This document shows, one piece after another, positions 49,183 to 62,639 of a stretch of DNA of 64,000 nt. The translations under genes and the position numbers were made by a program. Within the stretch, counting starts at the first letter, position 1. Every line of letters starts with the position of its first letter. The notes beneath the pieces are model-generated. The model was not told where the DNA came from. It made no database searches and saw only the letters and a list, made by a program, of their open reading frames with translations. The stretch comes from Octopus bimaculoides. Its lineage: Eukaryota. Location: positions 78,864,278 through 78,928,277 of the forward strand of contig NC_068989.1 of the NCBI RefSeq assembly GCF_001194135.2, in the 5' to 3' direction.

Positions 49183-49198
49183 CCACTAGATGGCAGCA
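49183..49198 (+). promoter_or_regulatory. CTCF-like motif
   Basis: CCACTAGATGGCAGCA matches the CCAC(C/T)AG(A/G)(G/T)GGC core. Confidence 0.45.
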
Positions 49199-49794
49199 GT
49201 GGTATCTGTAAGGGTGAAATACGGGTGGGGGAGAATAGGAGGAATGCATTGCTTTGAAGCAGAAAAATCTTCCAAATTTTGCTTGTATGTAAAATATTAG
49301 AAGGAAAATAAATCAGATTTTTTCTCAATGAAATTAAAAATTAAATACTTCTTAGCAAAAAGAAAACTAAATCATGATTTCATAAGACAAATAAAGAATA
49401 TATTTTTCAACTTATCACATTCAAATATTTAGCTTATTCCAAAAAGAATCACAGATCATACTTTATCCTTTTATTGCTGGGTTATTTTTTTAGTTTTTTT
49501 TTTATGACTATTTTACTGGTTATCAGCTTGTAATTTTGCAAGGACATAGCCTACATGGGTTTTAGTGAATTATAACTTCCATGTACAAAAAGTACTTTTA
49601 TTATTATTATACAGTGTTAGCCAAAAATCACCCGACAGTAAGTCAAAATTCCGTAAATACTTAATATTCAGTTTCATTTATTCATTCCAATTATGAATGT
49701 TTAATAATTGGATGTTATGATTTAAAATCACCGCTTTTTTTTTTTTTTCAACATTTGTCTATTTATTAGCAAAGTCTCCTATAANNNNNNNNNN

Positions 49795-49849
<55 letters not shown>

Positions 49850-50449
49850 CAGTGATGAGGGCACATGCTGTGTCAATGTTTACATTTTATAGTTTGCACA
49901 TGAAAGCTAAGAGACATGGTGATGTTTATTGACATTTCCTTGTCAACAAATTGTCCAAGAGCTCTGGTTTTAGAAGACAAATGGAATGAAAACTTCCTGG
50001 TTTGGAAGAAAACAGGTAAGGGTTAGAGACAGGAAAGGCATCCTACCTGCAGTAAAATAATGCCTCAAGAATATGTATTCTGTCTAACCCATGCTAGCAT
50101 GGAAAAACAGATGTAAAACAAACAAATGAAATATGTATGAATACATGTGTGCGTTTTTGTAATGTGTTTGTATGTATTCATGTAAATGTGCATATATGTG
50201 TGTAAGAATATGCATGCGTGTGTGTATTCATGTAGATATGCATTTATGTATAAGCATGTATGAATGTGTATGTGTGAATATGTGAGTGTATATGTATTCA
50301 TGTAGCAATAAAATTTTACGTATGTGTATGTGTGTGTGTGTGTGTGTGTGTGAGTAACCATGTCAATACGCATTTGTGAACAAGCTTATATGAATGTATG
50401 TGTATGCATTCGTGTAAATATGCATTGATGTGTAAACCTGTATGAATGA

Positions 50450-50455
<6 letters not shown>

Positions 50456-50546
<91 letters not shown>
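50456..50546. repeat. (TG)n microsatellite
   Basis: Direct inspection; comparable tracts include (TA)n 37127-37199 and (TC)n 54024-54122. Confidence 0.95.
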
Positions 50547-50547
<1 letters not shown>

Positions 50548-51054
50548 ATGCGAGCTTGTGGTTATGTATATTGTACTATTCACAAAAGCCAGCTCATTCA
50601 TATCTGCAGTGAGAAAAAAAGAGGTGTGGTGGGGGTGGTGCTGGCGGTGGTAGCAGTGATGGGGGAGTGGTGGGGACAGAAATAATCAAAGACAGTTAAG
50701 ATGAAAGATGATAAAAAAACACAGTCCGCATGTTGCATAAGCAGTCCCAGCATTGAAAAATAGTATATAAATATATTGATCATAACCAGACACAAAGCCG
50801 TCTCACACACATTAACAAGAATGCCAGTTTGTACATAGTGTTAAGCCACACGGTGGGATCAATAAGCTGAAGTGAAGCATATTTCCACACTAAACAAACA
50901 AACAAAGCAAGCGGTAAACTCCTGATTCTATTAAGCAAAGGAATCAGTCTCGTTTATCTGGGTTACATATGTGAACACGCACACAAATACACACACACAC
51001 AAACACACATACACACCATCCCTTCCTTTATATTTCGTGTAGGAGAGGAAGGAG

Positions 51055-52545
51055 AGGAGGTTATATTAGAGGAGATTAAGACCGGTTGTCCTTGGGAACT
51101 TGACCACACTGGTGACCCAGTCCTAATGGCAGAGGGTGTGGAAGTCCTCGTGATGAAATTCAAAACATGGAGGCGAAGCCTGGTATCAAGGGAGCCTCAA
51201 AATAAACTTGGTGAACACCGTGAAGTAAAGAGAGGACTCTACTGACATCAGGAAATGTAGAAAAGGGTTAAGTAGATATCTCATAGGAGTGGTTGTGATA
51301 AGTAGCTTGCTTACCAACCACATGGTTCTGGGTCCGGCCCCACTGTGTGACACCTTGGGCAAGTGTCTTCTACTATAGCCTCGGGCCAACCAAGGCCTTG
51401 TAAGTGGATTTGTGAGTAGACGGAAACTAAAAGAAGCCCGTCGTATGTGTGTGTGTGTGTTTGTATGTATTTGTGTGTGTATGTGTTTGTGTGTCTGTGT
51501 ATGTGTTTGTGTGTCTGTGTATGTGTTTGTGTGTCTGTGTATGCGTTTGTGTGTCTGTGTATGTGTTTGTGTGTCTGTGTTTGTCCCCCCAACATCACTT
51601 GACAACAGATGCTGATGTGTTTACGTCCCTGTAACTTAGCGGGTCGGCAAAAGAGACCAATAGAATAAGTACTAGGCTTACAAAGAATAAGTCCTGGGGT
51701 CGATTTGTTCGACTAAAGGCAGTGCTCCAGCATGGCCAGAGTCAAATGACTAAAACAAGTAACAGAATAAAAGACAACGAAAAAAGTGTGTACCGTGTGA
51801 ACTATGAGCTGTACTGAGTTCATAGGCAAGCTAATGGTGGAATAAAACCTTTGTATATGGCAGACATATAGAAGCACTTAGAAGTCAGGGCCGCAGTAAA
51901 AGAAATTCCTTTTATTGCTTGGAAGGATCAGTCAACATAGCTGACAGCTTCAGGTACCTTAGCAACCAAATCAGCTGCAGACAATGGTATCTTGAATGCC
52001 TAGTGGCTAGAATATGTATAAGGTGGAAAACGTTCAGGGATCTATTACCCCTGCTGGAAATAAGGGGATTCTTTTTTTCAAGCAAATGATAGGTTGTATG
52101 TTGCTTGCTTATGAAGGGTGATGCTATGTGGCTGTGAGACGTGGACAATGAACAGAGTGGACATGCGAAGGTGGGTGTAAGATGAAGCAAGCATGCTCCA
52201 ATAGATGTGTAATGCTACTGTGTATAAGTGACATGGAGTATAGATGAGCAGAGAAGCAAAACTAGGTTTAAAAGAATCAATTATAGTGTGCAGGAAGGAT
52301 GACTCATTGGTATAGACATACAATTGCATATGGATAAGAGATGAATAAAGCAGTGCCAGGAGATATATGTGAAAGGAAACAGTGGAATAGGAAGACCAAG
52401 GAAGACATGTGCAAAAGTAATAAGGATGTAGAATCTTGCAAAGGAGATGTCAAAGGAATGTAAAAAAATAGCAAGATGCTGTACTGAAAAGGACTCATCT
52501 AACCCATGCAAGCCTGGAAAAGCAGAAGTGAAAATGTTAAATATA
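51055..52545 (+). pseudogene. Decayed RTE LINE: reverse-transcriptase region to 3' end, split by a SINE
   Basis: IKTGCPWELDHTGDPVLMAE (decayed GCPWELLYADDLVL) at about 51075-51135, and DSFRYLSNQISC..ARICIRWKTFRDLLPLL..MLCGCETW after 51925. Confidence 0.88.
51286..51775 (+). mobile_element. Full-length SINE family A nested in the RTE relic, with an internal 20-bp tandem repeat
   Basis: GGAGTGGTTGTGATAAGTAGC head; GTATGTGTTTGTGTGTCTGT repeated about five times. Confidence 0.93.
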
Positions 52546-54020
52546 CATATATAAAACATATGGTGGTGATTAAAGACTTCATTCGCTATATCTTACCTTT
52601 TTAAACATCTGTATAAGCATTGCCAAAGATACAAGCATAACAGATATTAGTTAAACAAACACACTTGATCACAAATTATTGTAGAAAAGAAAATGAAAGA
52701 AGAAAAATAAGAAAACTACAAAACCCAAAACCATATTTTATTTTATGTGGTCCACATTCTTCAAATTGAATGACATAAAACAAATCCAATTAATTACAAA
52801 AATTTGTTTTCTCATTCATCAATAGAAATTTAACCAAAACATTAATATTAAGATGAAATTACTGATGGGCAACACTAGAATAAATCTGGTAGATGCAATT
52901 GGGGCCATGTTTAGTTAAAATAGTTATTTTATATACCATACTTAGTGTATACACACTGTCAATAGAATTGGTCAATCAACAATGTGGATATAATAAGTAT
53001 GATGCTAAGATAACTATTTTAACTAGGATCTATTGAGTCAAGTACATCAATATCAAAATCAAATCAAATCAAATCACAATCAAATGGAAATTGTAGTTGC
53101 GGTCCCTGTGCCAGTGGCACATAAAAAGCACCATCTGAATGTGGTCGATACCAGCGTGCGCTTTGACTGGCTCCTGTGTCCAGTGTGGAAAATACATAGT
53201 AATGCTCAAATGAATTTGAACCTAAATACAGAATATGTTATATGTGTCAAACCTAATTGCGTTAATCTGCATTACTACCTCTCTCTCTCTCTCTCTCTCT
53301 CTCCCTTTCTGTACATATACATACATGTGCATGCACACACACACACACATATATATTTACATATATATTCCCTCCTCTCAAATGTCTTTCCTGCAGCTAT
53401 CCAGCCATCAACTTGCAAAACTTTTAACAAAACCTTTAACAATATCAATCTCGCAGGTCTCAAGAGAGCACGCAAAGGCCATAGATAGAGCCCCTCCCTT
53501 CACACCCGACTAATAAAATAACATAAAATCAAATAAAATAAAAATAAAATATACAGTGTCTCTCTTGGACTAAGGATGAAGTAAAACATTGCTTGCACCC
53601 CGAGGAAGGACATGGGTCAAAACTCCTCTCCCAACTTCAGTATGTCAGCTTAAGGGACTTTTACCTACTCCATGGATATAAAACAAGGCTGCTTATTCTT
53701 CATATCTGCATTTTAACCAGTTTACGGAGATGCCGTTTGTGGTTCCAGTCCTGTTATTTAGCCATTTCTTAAATGAACAAACATTCCAATCACATGCTGT
53801 AACTTCACCCATCTGCCAGAGATCCTCGCAATCTCCCCACTTTTTTCCTCTGTTTTTCCTTCTCCCTCCATTATTCTTTTTCCTCCTCCACCACTCTTTC
53901 TCTCCCTCCATCTCTCTCTCTCTCTTCTTCTTTCCCTTTCTTTACCTTCTCCCTCCTTGCCTTTTCTACCTCTCTCTTTCCTTGCTTCTCTACCTGTCTC
54001 TTTCTGTCTTTTTGCCAGCT

Positions 54021-54127
<107 letters not shown>

Positions 54128-54205
54128 GTCTGTCTGTCTCCTTCCTAGCTCCTCTCTCTCTTTCATTCCTTACTTATCTGTTTCTCTCTCTACCCCTGTA
54201 TCTCC

Positions 54206-54243
<38 letters not shown>

Positions 54244-54676
54244 CCCACTGCATTTCCATCTATCAGTCTCTCTACCCCTTGCTTCCCTTTATCTCTCTCT
54301 TCCCCTTCATCTCCACCCATCTCTCTTTCCCTACCATCAGTCACACCAAATGCCCTCCTACCCTCAACCATATTCACAGGAGTCTCCCAAGAGTTTATCA
54401 TCTGACACATCCCTTCCCGCAAGCCTGTGTTCACTCCAGTGCATCAACACCTTTATATCCTCCACTACCAACCACAACCACCCTTCACAAAAATGCCAAA
54501 CAGTACTTCCTGTTCCTTTTTTGAAACCAATCCCCGCAATTACTCAAAGAACATCCTGCCACATTCCATTCCAAACCACAGGCCTCTGTGCCACAATATT
54601 TCCGCAATAACATAAGCAAAAGAAATTTTATTGTGTGCATGCATGTGTGTGGTTGTGCCAGTGTGTATATATATTA

Positions 54677-54892
54677 CAGGCTGCTGAAAAGTTCTTGGCT
54701 GTGGGTAAAAGAAAATACAAGAGGATCAGTTAATTATGATTTTGTTCAACATGTTCCCCTCTCAGATTCACACACTTATTGCAGCCAATCCTTCAATTTT
54801 TCTAAGCCCTGTAAAAGAACTCAGAAGGTGGGGCCTCCAGCCAAGCCTTTTTGTAATACCCTTAAAGCCAGGAACTTTTCGGCGTCCCCTCG
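54677..54892. mobile_element. Mariner-type MITE (216 bp)
   Basis: TA-CAGGGCTGCTGAAAAGTTCTTGGCT and AGCCAGGAACTTTTCGGCGTCCCCTCG inverted termini. Confidence 0.8.
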
Positions 54893-55093
54893 AATGTATG
54901 TGCATGTGAGCATCAGCAATTACCATATTCTATGGTATATTGTGGATTTTCATTGATAATTTTTGGCAACTTGTATCTCCATATTATATAATTAATTTGA
55001 TACAACTTATAGTCCAATTATTGCTAAATTATTCATTCTTTATTTTCATTTGTATGTACCATAATTGCTTAGTTTTATCATAAAGCTTTGACA

Positions 55094-55985
55094 ATGAGTG
55101 GTGAAGAAACTGCAATTAGAGCCATTTTACACTACCCGTGGATACTGAACAGACTGCAAGGGTAGTGACAAAAGAAATTAATGTGGAAGTCCCAGGAACT
55201 GACAATGAATGCGTGGCACAAAACTGGTTCACATGTTTCTGAGAAGGTAACACGAAGCTTGAAGACAAAGCAAGGCTGGGAGACTTTCTGATGCAGAAGA
55301 GGAGGTCTTGCTTGAAATGACTGAACAACAATCAAGCACAAACACTTTGTGCACTGTCATCGGAACTTGGTCCATCACAAAGTACCATCAATCAACACCT
55401 CCATTAGCTTAACCTTGTGAACAGACACTGTCAAAAAGCTCCTCATGAACTGACCAATGACCAGGTTCAATGACATGTGAACGTTTGCAAACAACTGCAG
55501 GCAAATCTTCGAGATGCCCATTTTTGGTGTCAAGTAGGAATCAAAAATGGACCAATTTTCATAATCCCTAATAAAAGATATCAGTGACCTTACTCCAGCC
55601 AAGCGTCAAACAAAACCTGTTGTCAAACAAGGGTGGTTTGAACAGAAAGTCATGTTACGTGTTTGGTGGAATTTCAAGGGGATGTTACACTTTGAGCTTG
55701 TCCCAGACGGTCATGTTGTGAGCACTAACCTTTATACTCAACAACTGCAGTGAATATATGATGCTTTGAAAGCCTGCTATCTTGCATTGGTAAATCAAAG
55801 ACATGTATTTCTACAGCATGACAATACCCTAGCACATACTGTAATATGATCAAGCACAAACATGAAGAACTTGAGAGGCTGGAAGTACTGCCTCACCTTG
55901 CCTACAGTCCAGACCTTGCACCATCAGATAACCATCTTTCCAAGCCATGTCTCATTTCCTGCATGGATGGAAGTCCAACACAACA
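55094..55985 (+). pseudogene. Near full-length mariner (DD34D-type) transposase relic
   Basis: Starts MSGEETAIRAIL; contains AQNWF..EGNTKLEDKAR, APHELT, KVMLRVWWNFKG, LQHDN (55817) and YSPDLAPSD (55903); many stops and frameshifts. Confidence 0.92.
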
Positions 55986-56067
55986 TGTCACCGGGAATTG
56001 AACTCATGACCTTACAGTCATGAACTGGATGCACTAACCACTAAGCCATGCACCTTCACTATATATG

Positions 56068-56367
56068 CTGAGACTCCCTTCGGTCATGACTGACCATGGG
56101 ATTGCACCTAGAAAGTTACCCTCCCAGGCACAAGTTCGGGCAAGGTGGTTTATGGAAGATCAGCAGTCGCCCATGCATACCGGCCTCCCCTCTCCACGCC
56201 ACCAGTGTTATCCAAGGGAAAGGCAAAGGCCAATACAGCTTGGCACCTGTGACGTCACAACTCATTTCTACAACTGAGTGAACTGGAGCAATATGAGATA
56301 AAGTGCCTTGCTCAAGAACACAACACATGTAGCCCAGTCCAGGATTCGAACTCACAACCTCACGATC
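56068..56367 (-). mobile_element. CORE-type SINE with family D tail, head cut by gap
   Basis: GAACTGGAGCAATATGAGATAAAGTGCCTTGCTCAAGAACACAAC centre; tail shared with 8190-8240. Confidence 0.88.
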
Positions 56368-56729
56368 NNNNNNNNNNNNNNNNNNNNNNNNNNNNNNNNN
56401 NNNNNNNNNNNNNNNNNNNNNNNNNNNNNNNNNNNNNNNNNNNNNNNNNNNNNNNNNNNNNNNNNNNNNNNNNNNNNNNNNNNNNNNNNNNNNNNNNNNN
56501 NNNNNNNNNNNNNNNNNNNNNNNNNNNNNNNNNNNNNNNNNNNNNNNNNNNNNNNNNNNNNNNNNNNNNNNNNNNNNNNNNNNNNNNNNNNNNNNNNNNN
56601 NNNNNNNNNNNNNNNNNNNNNNNNNNNNNNNNNNNNNNNNNNNNNNNNNNNNNNNNNNNNNNNNNNNNNNNNNNNNNNNNNNNNNNNNNNNNNNNNNNNN
56701 NNNNNNNNNNNNNNNNNNNNNNNNNNNNN

Positions 56730-56770
<41 letters not shown>

Positions 56771-56779
<9 letters not shown>

Positions 56780-56842
56780 GTCTAGTGGTTAGGATTCCTG
56801 GCTCTCACCCAGGTGGCCCGGGTTCGATTCCCAGCGTGGGAA
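56771..56842 (+). tRNA. tRNA-Glu(CTC) gene or pseudogene with the 5' acceptor strand replaced by (GT)n
   Basis: TGGTCTAGTGGTTAGGATT-CCTGG-CTCTCAC-CCAGG-TGGC-CCGGG-TTCGATT-CCCAG-CGTGGGA-A; TTTT at 56852-56855; one T-stem mismatch. Confidence 0.75.
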
Positions 56843-57831
56843 CTGGTTAACTTTTATCAGGTGGTGCTATTAAGTTAGACATAGCCTGGACCAATCTTTG
56901 GTCAAAACATATCTAAGTTTATATAATTGAAATTTATAGAAAAACAAAAGACGAAGACAGGTGTATGAACAACAAGCAAGTGAATTATTTTGACATATAT
57001 AGACCTGGATCCCACAATATTGTTGTTATTTCTGTTGTTTAGCCCCAGCTGAACTCCAGATCAAGGAGGCATCTATGATCAAAAGTGCCCTGCAACAGGA
57101 TTGAACCTGGGACCATGTAGCTGGGAAGCAAACTTCACAACCACAAAGCTACAGCTGAGATGAAGGTAAAAATAACCTTCCGAAGGGTTAAATCTAAGCT
57201 CGGAGTTGTGCAAACTTTGGTGAAGAGTTATTTCCAAACTAACACTTTGCAAATTTACTCAGCTTTATCAAAATAGTTTTGTCTATAATAATACTTTGCA
57301 AAATAAAATAATTAAAAATTAAAAATTAAAATTAAAATAATAATTAAATGACAGTTTGGTACATGGTCATGTCAATGTGGAACAATGGACACATGTCACC
57401 CCACCTCACCCACTTGGCAACACTTTTTTTGTTTTGTCTTTTTTTTTTTGTTAATGGCCTGTTGAAGTTGTAGCAGATTGAAATGTTCTTTCACCACTTC
57501 AAAAATATATTTGAAACCAAATATAATCTCCGAGTACACAGTTAGGATGTATAACCATGTGTATAATACACATACACACCTATGCCTGTATGCTTGGAGA
57601 CTTGGGGTTATAAATATGTGTGTGTGCGTGTGTGTGTGTGTGTGTGTGTGCTGTATTATATATATATATATATACATATATATATAGACATATATATATA
57701 TATAGAGAGAGAGATAGATAGATAGATATATGTGTGTGTATGTGTATATACTGTAAATATAGACATATACAGACACACATATATATATATAAATACATAC
57801 ACACACATGCATGTATATATATATGCATGTA

Positions 57832-57888
<57 letters not shown>

Positions 57889-58329
57889 ACAGACAGATGG
57901 AGGGATAGATATAGGCATACATACATACATTCATACATACATAGATACACATGTGTGCTTGTGTATATATATATTATATATATATACATACATAAATATG
58001 TGTATATGTATGTATGCCTGTACATATGTATGCATGTATGTACATACATTCATACGTACGTATATATGTATATCGTTAATAAATATTACCTAACTGATCA
58101 TGAACTAAAGTTAACTCGAGAACTTAACAGGGTTAATGAAAACCTGAAATCCTGAAATGTTCTTTCACTCTCAATTAGCAGTTTAACCAATTAACCAGGG
58201 AACAGAGAATAACAGGTGTGTATAGAATAAAGTGAAAAATGTATTTTTAAAATATGACCCCCACCCCTCCCAACCAGTTTTCTTTTTCTATGCTTTTTTT
58301 TTGTTTCTTTCTTTTGTTTTTCTTGTCAG

Positions 58330-58395
58330 GGCAGTGATAGAGTAGATGTTGAAGGTTTTATCTCTTTGAGCCAAAACAGAGAATGTGACAAAATT
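58330..58395 (+). CDS. Candidate 66-nt phase-0 exon (GSDRVDVEGFISLSQNRECDKI); product unknown
   Basis: Long poly-T tract then TCAG acceptor, open frame, ATT|GTGAGT donor; no homology recognised. Confidence 0.25.
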
Positions 58396-59430
58396 GTGAG
58401 TGCCCGACTGTTTAAATAGATATATAATTGCTTTCAGCTAAATGGGTTTTGTACGTAAAAGAAAACCACTGAAGGATCGTTTTATCAGGTGAATGTCTCA
58501 TAGAATGGAAATTGGTACCAGAAAGAGAAAAGGTTTGAAAGAACAACAGAAAACGTGTAAGCATGTAAGATGTTAACTAGTTAAATGTCAAAGAGAGAAG
58601 AAAGAGAGAATGGGAATGTGTGTCTGTGTGTGTGTGTGTGTGTGTGTGTATAAATGGAGTGTTTTTGTATATTTTGAGGTACAAAAATACAAAAATGCTC
58701 AGTACATGTGTTTGAAGTGTGTATATGTACACATATACACACATACACACACACACACTCAAGGAGATTACCTGTACTCTTAAGCCAGAACACAGAACCT
58801 GTCAAAGAATTAAGAAGACACACTAATTATAGAAACTAATTTTAGAAGAAAAAGACATTCTGAAGTTCTTGAGACATATACATATATACATACATGTATA
58901 TATATCATACACACACGTACAGGCACACAGTACATACAAATATATATCATGATCGTCATCATCACCATTGTCGTCATCGTTTAACGTCTCTTTTCCATGC
59001 TGGTACAAGTTGGACAGTTTGACCAGAGCTGACAAGCTGAAGAACAAGCACCAGGTTCCAGTCTGATTTGGCCTGGATTCTACAGCTTGATGCTCTTTCT
59101 AATGCCAAACACTTTACAGAGTGTACTGGATGCATTTAATGTGATATGGCACACGTACTTATCACGTGGCCAAACACAGGTGCATTTTATGTGACCCAGG
59201 ACAGGTAAACTTAGCATGACCTGGCACAGGTGCTTTTTACGTGGTACCAACACAGCTGTTTTTTATATAAGCACATATGTACATATGTACATATGCTTGT
59301 GTGTAGGGTAGGTATGTACACACACATATATATATACACACACACATATATGTACTCACACTCACACACCCACACACATATTCATGTATGTGTGTATGTA
59401 TGTATGTATGTATGTATGTATGTATGTATG

Positions 59431-59800
59431 GTGGAGGCGCAATGGCCCAGTGTTTAGGGCAGCGGACTCGCAGTCATAGGATTGCAGTTTCAATTCCCAG
59501 ACCAGGCATTTTGTTTATTGAGCAAAAACACTTAAAACACCACAAGGTTCCAGCAGGGGGTGGTGGCAAAACATGCTGTACTCTTTCACCACAACTTTCT
59601 CTTTCTACCTCTTTCTGTTGTACCTGTATTTCAAAGGGCTGGCCTTGTCACACTCTATGTCACGCTGAATCTCCCGAAGAACTACATTAAGGGTACACAT
59701 GTCTGTGGAGTGCTCAGCCACTTGCACGTTAATTTCACGAGCAGGCTGTTCCGTTGATCGGATCAACTGGAACACTCGTCATCATAACCGACAGAGTACC
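59431..59800 (+). mobile_element. SINE family C, full length
   Basis: GGAGGCGCAATGGCCCAGTG head; colinear with 24372-24759. Confidence 0.9.
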
Positions 59801-60019
59801 ATGATGTGTGTATGTACATATGCATGTGTTTGTGTATGAGTCGGTATGAATGCATTTGTGTAGGTATGTAGAGTGTATATGTAAGCCAAAGATTCAGCTG
59901 AGTTACTAAAGCATCAAACCAAATGCCTTGCACTAATTTGTTCCAGTTCTTTACTCATGAGTTCAAATCCAGCTGAGGTCAACATTGTCCTTCATCCTTC
60001 AAGAGTTGACAAAATAATT

Positions 60020-60409
60020 GTACCTCGAGTGGGATCACTGCCAGAGCAGCGGTCTCGCTCCCGTGCCGGTGGCCCATAAAAAGCACCATTTGAGCACGAT
60101 CGTTTCCAGCTTCGCCTTACTGGCACTTGTGCCGGTGGCATGTGAACAAAACATTGGACTGACTCCTGTGCAGGTGGCACATAAAAAAACACCATCTGAG
60201 TGTGGCCGTTGCCAGTAACCCCGGACTGGCCCTCGTGCCGGTGGCACGTAAAGAGCACCCACTACATTCTCAGAGTGGTTGGCATTAGGAAGGGCATCCA
60301 GCTGTAGAAACTCTGCCAGATCAGATTGGAGTCTGGTGCAGCCATTTGGTTCGCCAGTCCCCAGTCAAATCATCCAGCCCAAGCTAGCATGGAAAGCGGA
60401 CGTTAAATG

Positions 60410-60448
<39 letters not shown>
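60020..60448 (+). mobile_element. RTE family F 3' UTR fragment with (GAT)n tail (a minus-strand piece at 61190-61455)
   Basis: Three ~65-bp subrepeats then GGTTGGCATTAGGAAGGGCATCCAGCTGTAGAAACTCTGCC. Confidence 0.88.
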
Positions 60449-60822
60449 TCCAGGGTAGTGCTAGTGTCATGATTAAATTGCACCAAGTGCTACATGCTTT
60501 TTTAGTGTTAAGATATTAAGAGGACCCTCTAGTCTTGACAAGGATGTTGCAATTGCTTTAGAGGTGGTGACACAATAAATTGTACTCAATACACTGGGTA
60601 ACGAGGCTGGTGTTATGAAAGACATCCAATCAAAGTCAAAAATTAAATTTGCAAAGCAGGAAGTGACCCACTAAGCTGTCTAAGGAGTGTTAATTACAAA
60701 AAAAGAACTGGTTTGGACCATGACAACCTAGCCAACACCTGTCGGCATAAAAAGCAATTATAAAAAGATGATGACAATGATCATGACCATGAACATCATA
60801 ATATATAGCCATACATGCTTTA

Positions 60823-60892
<70 letters not shown>

Positions 60893-62639
60893 ATTGGAAA
60901 AGGTGTGTCAAATTAATTGTGTCATGTTTGTTACATTATTATCCAATCTAGTTCAAGTTTTATTCAAATCACGCACACATTTCTTTACATCAAACAGCCT
61001 AGACCATCTGTTCAGTTTTCTCAGAAAAGTTAAAACTCTTTTGTGAATTTGCAGTTTTTATTCTGTGAGTGAGTCATTAGTTTTTAAAACTGGGACATTA
61101 ACCTACAACTTTTAAAAATGAAAGTAAAATTTAAAAAGGTAGGACTGTAAAGAATTATATTTAGGTTTAACAAAGACATCCATTCACAGATCAGATTCGA
61201 GCCTGGTGCAGACTTTTCGCTCACCAGTCCTTAGTCAAATCGTCCAACCCATGCCAGCTGGATGCCCTTCCTAATGCCAACCACTCCAAGAGTGTAGTGG
61301 GTACTTTTACGTGCCACCGGCACGAGGGCCAGTCAGGTGGTACTGGCAACGGCCACACTCAAATGGTGTTTTTTACGTGCCACCTGCACAGGAGCCAGTC
61401 CAGCGGCACTGGCAATGACCTTACTCGAATGCTTTTTCACGTGCCAGTAAGGCGACACATATTTATATATACATACATACATACATAAGCACATACATAC
61501 ATGAAAATAAATACATACATACATACATACATACATACATACATACAAACATAAAGAAAAACAAAGATTGCTTTGATCAAGCATATGGAAGAGTCGTTTA
61601 TTTTCTTTCGCATATGCAAATATAGGTTAACTAAAAGAAGAAATAAATGAAATCAGCAAAAAAAAAAATGGTTGATTAGCTAAAAGCAGCATGATGTTGG
61701 TGGTGGTAGTGTTGGTGGTGTTGGTGGTGTTTTGCATGTTGAGACTAAAAAAAAGACTGAATGTTTAACTAAGAAGGCTGAAGCAGTTCAGCTTCTTAAG
61801 TAAGGCTTCTTGCTCAACCTTGTTTCAAATAAAGTATCACTGTCAGTTAATTTATTGTCAAAACAAAGGGAGGCCAAAGAAGGACAGGCCCAGATGTCTT
61901 ACTACACAGAATNNNNNNNNNNNNNNNNNNNNNNNNNNNNNNNNNNNNNNNNNNNNNNNNNNNNNNNNNNNNNNNNNNNNNNNNNNNNNNNNNNNNNNNN
62001 NNNNNNNNNNNNNNNNNNNNNNNNNNNNNNNNNNNNNNNNNNNNNNNNNNNNNNNNNNNNNNNNNNNNNNNNNNNNNNNNNNNNNNNNNNNNNNNNNNNN
62101 NNNNNNNNNNNNNNNNNNNNNNNNNNNNNNNNNNNNNNNNNNNNNNNNNNNNNNNNNNNNNNNNNNNNNNNNNNNNNNNNNNNNNNNNNNNNNNNNNNNN
62201 NNNNNNNNNNNNNNNNNNNNNNNNNNNNNNNNNNNNNNNNNNNNNNNNNNNNNNNNNNNNNNNNNNNNNNNNNNNNNNNNNNNNNNNNNNNNNNNNNNNN
62301 NNNNNNNNNNNNNNNNNNNNNNNNNNNNNNNNNNNNNNNNNNNNNNNNNNNNNNNNNNNNNNNNNNNNNNNNNNNNNNNNNNNNNNNNNNNNNNNNNNNN
62401 NNNNNNNNNNNNNNNNNNNNNNNNNNNNNNNNNNNNNNNNNNNNNNNNNNNNNNNNNNNNNNNNNNNNNNNNNNNNNNNNNNNNNNNNNNNNNNNNNNNN
62501 NNNNNNNNNNNNNNNNNNNNNNNNNNNNNNNNNNNNNNNNNNNNNNNNNNNNNNNNNNNNNNNNNNNNNNNNNNNNNNNNNNNNNNNNNNNNNNNNNNNN
62601 NNNNNNNNNNNNNNNNNNNNNNNNNNNNNNNNTATATAT

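Noticed and set aside
50040-50062. Second minus-strand AG|GT site (TTTTACTGCAG|GTAGGA)
   Set aside because: Derived from the GGAAGGGCATCC repeat tail; weak donor.
58088-58150. Minus-strand exon-like segment with flanking splice signals
   Set aside because: Stops in all frames and an ordinary acceptor; no other support.
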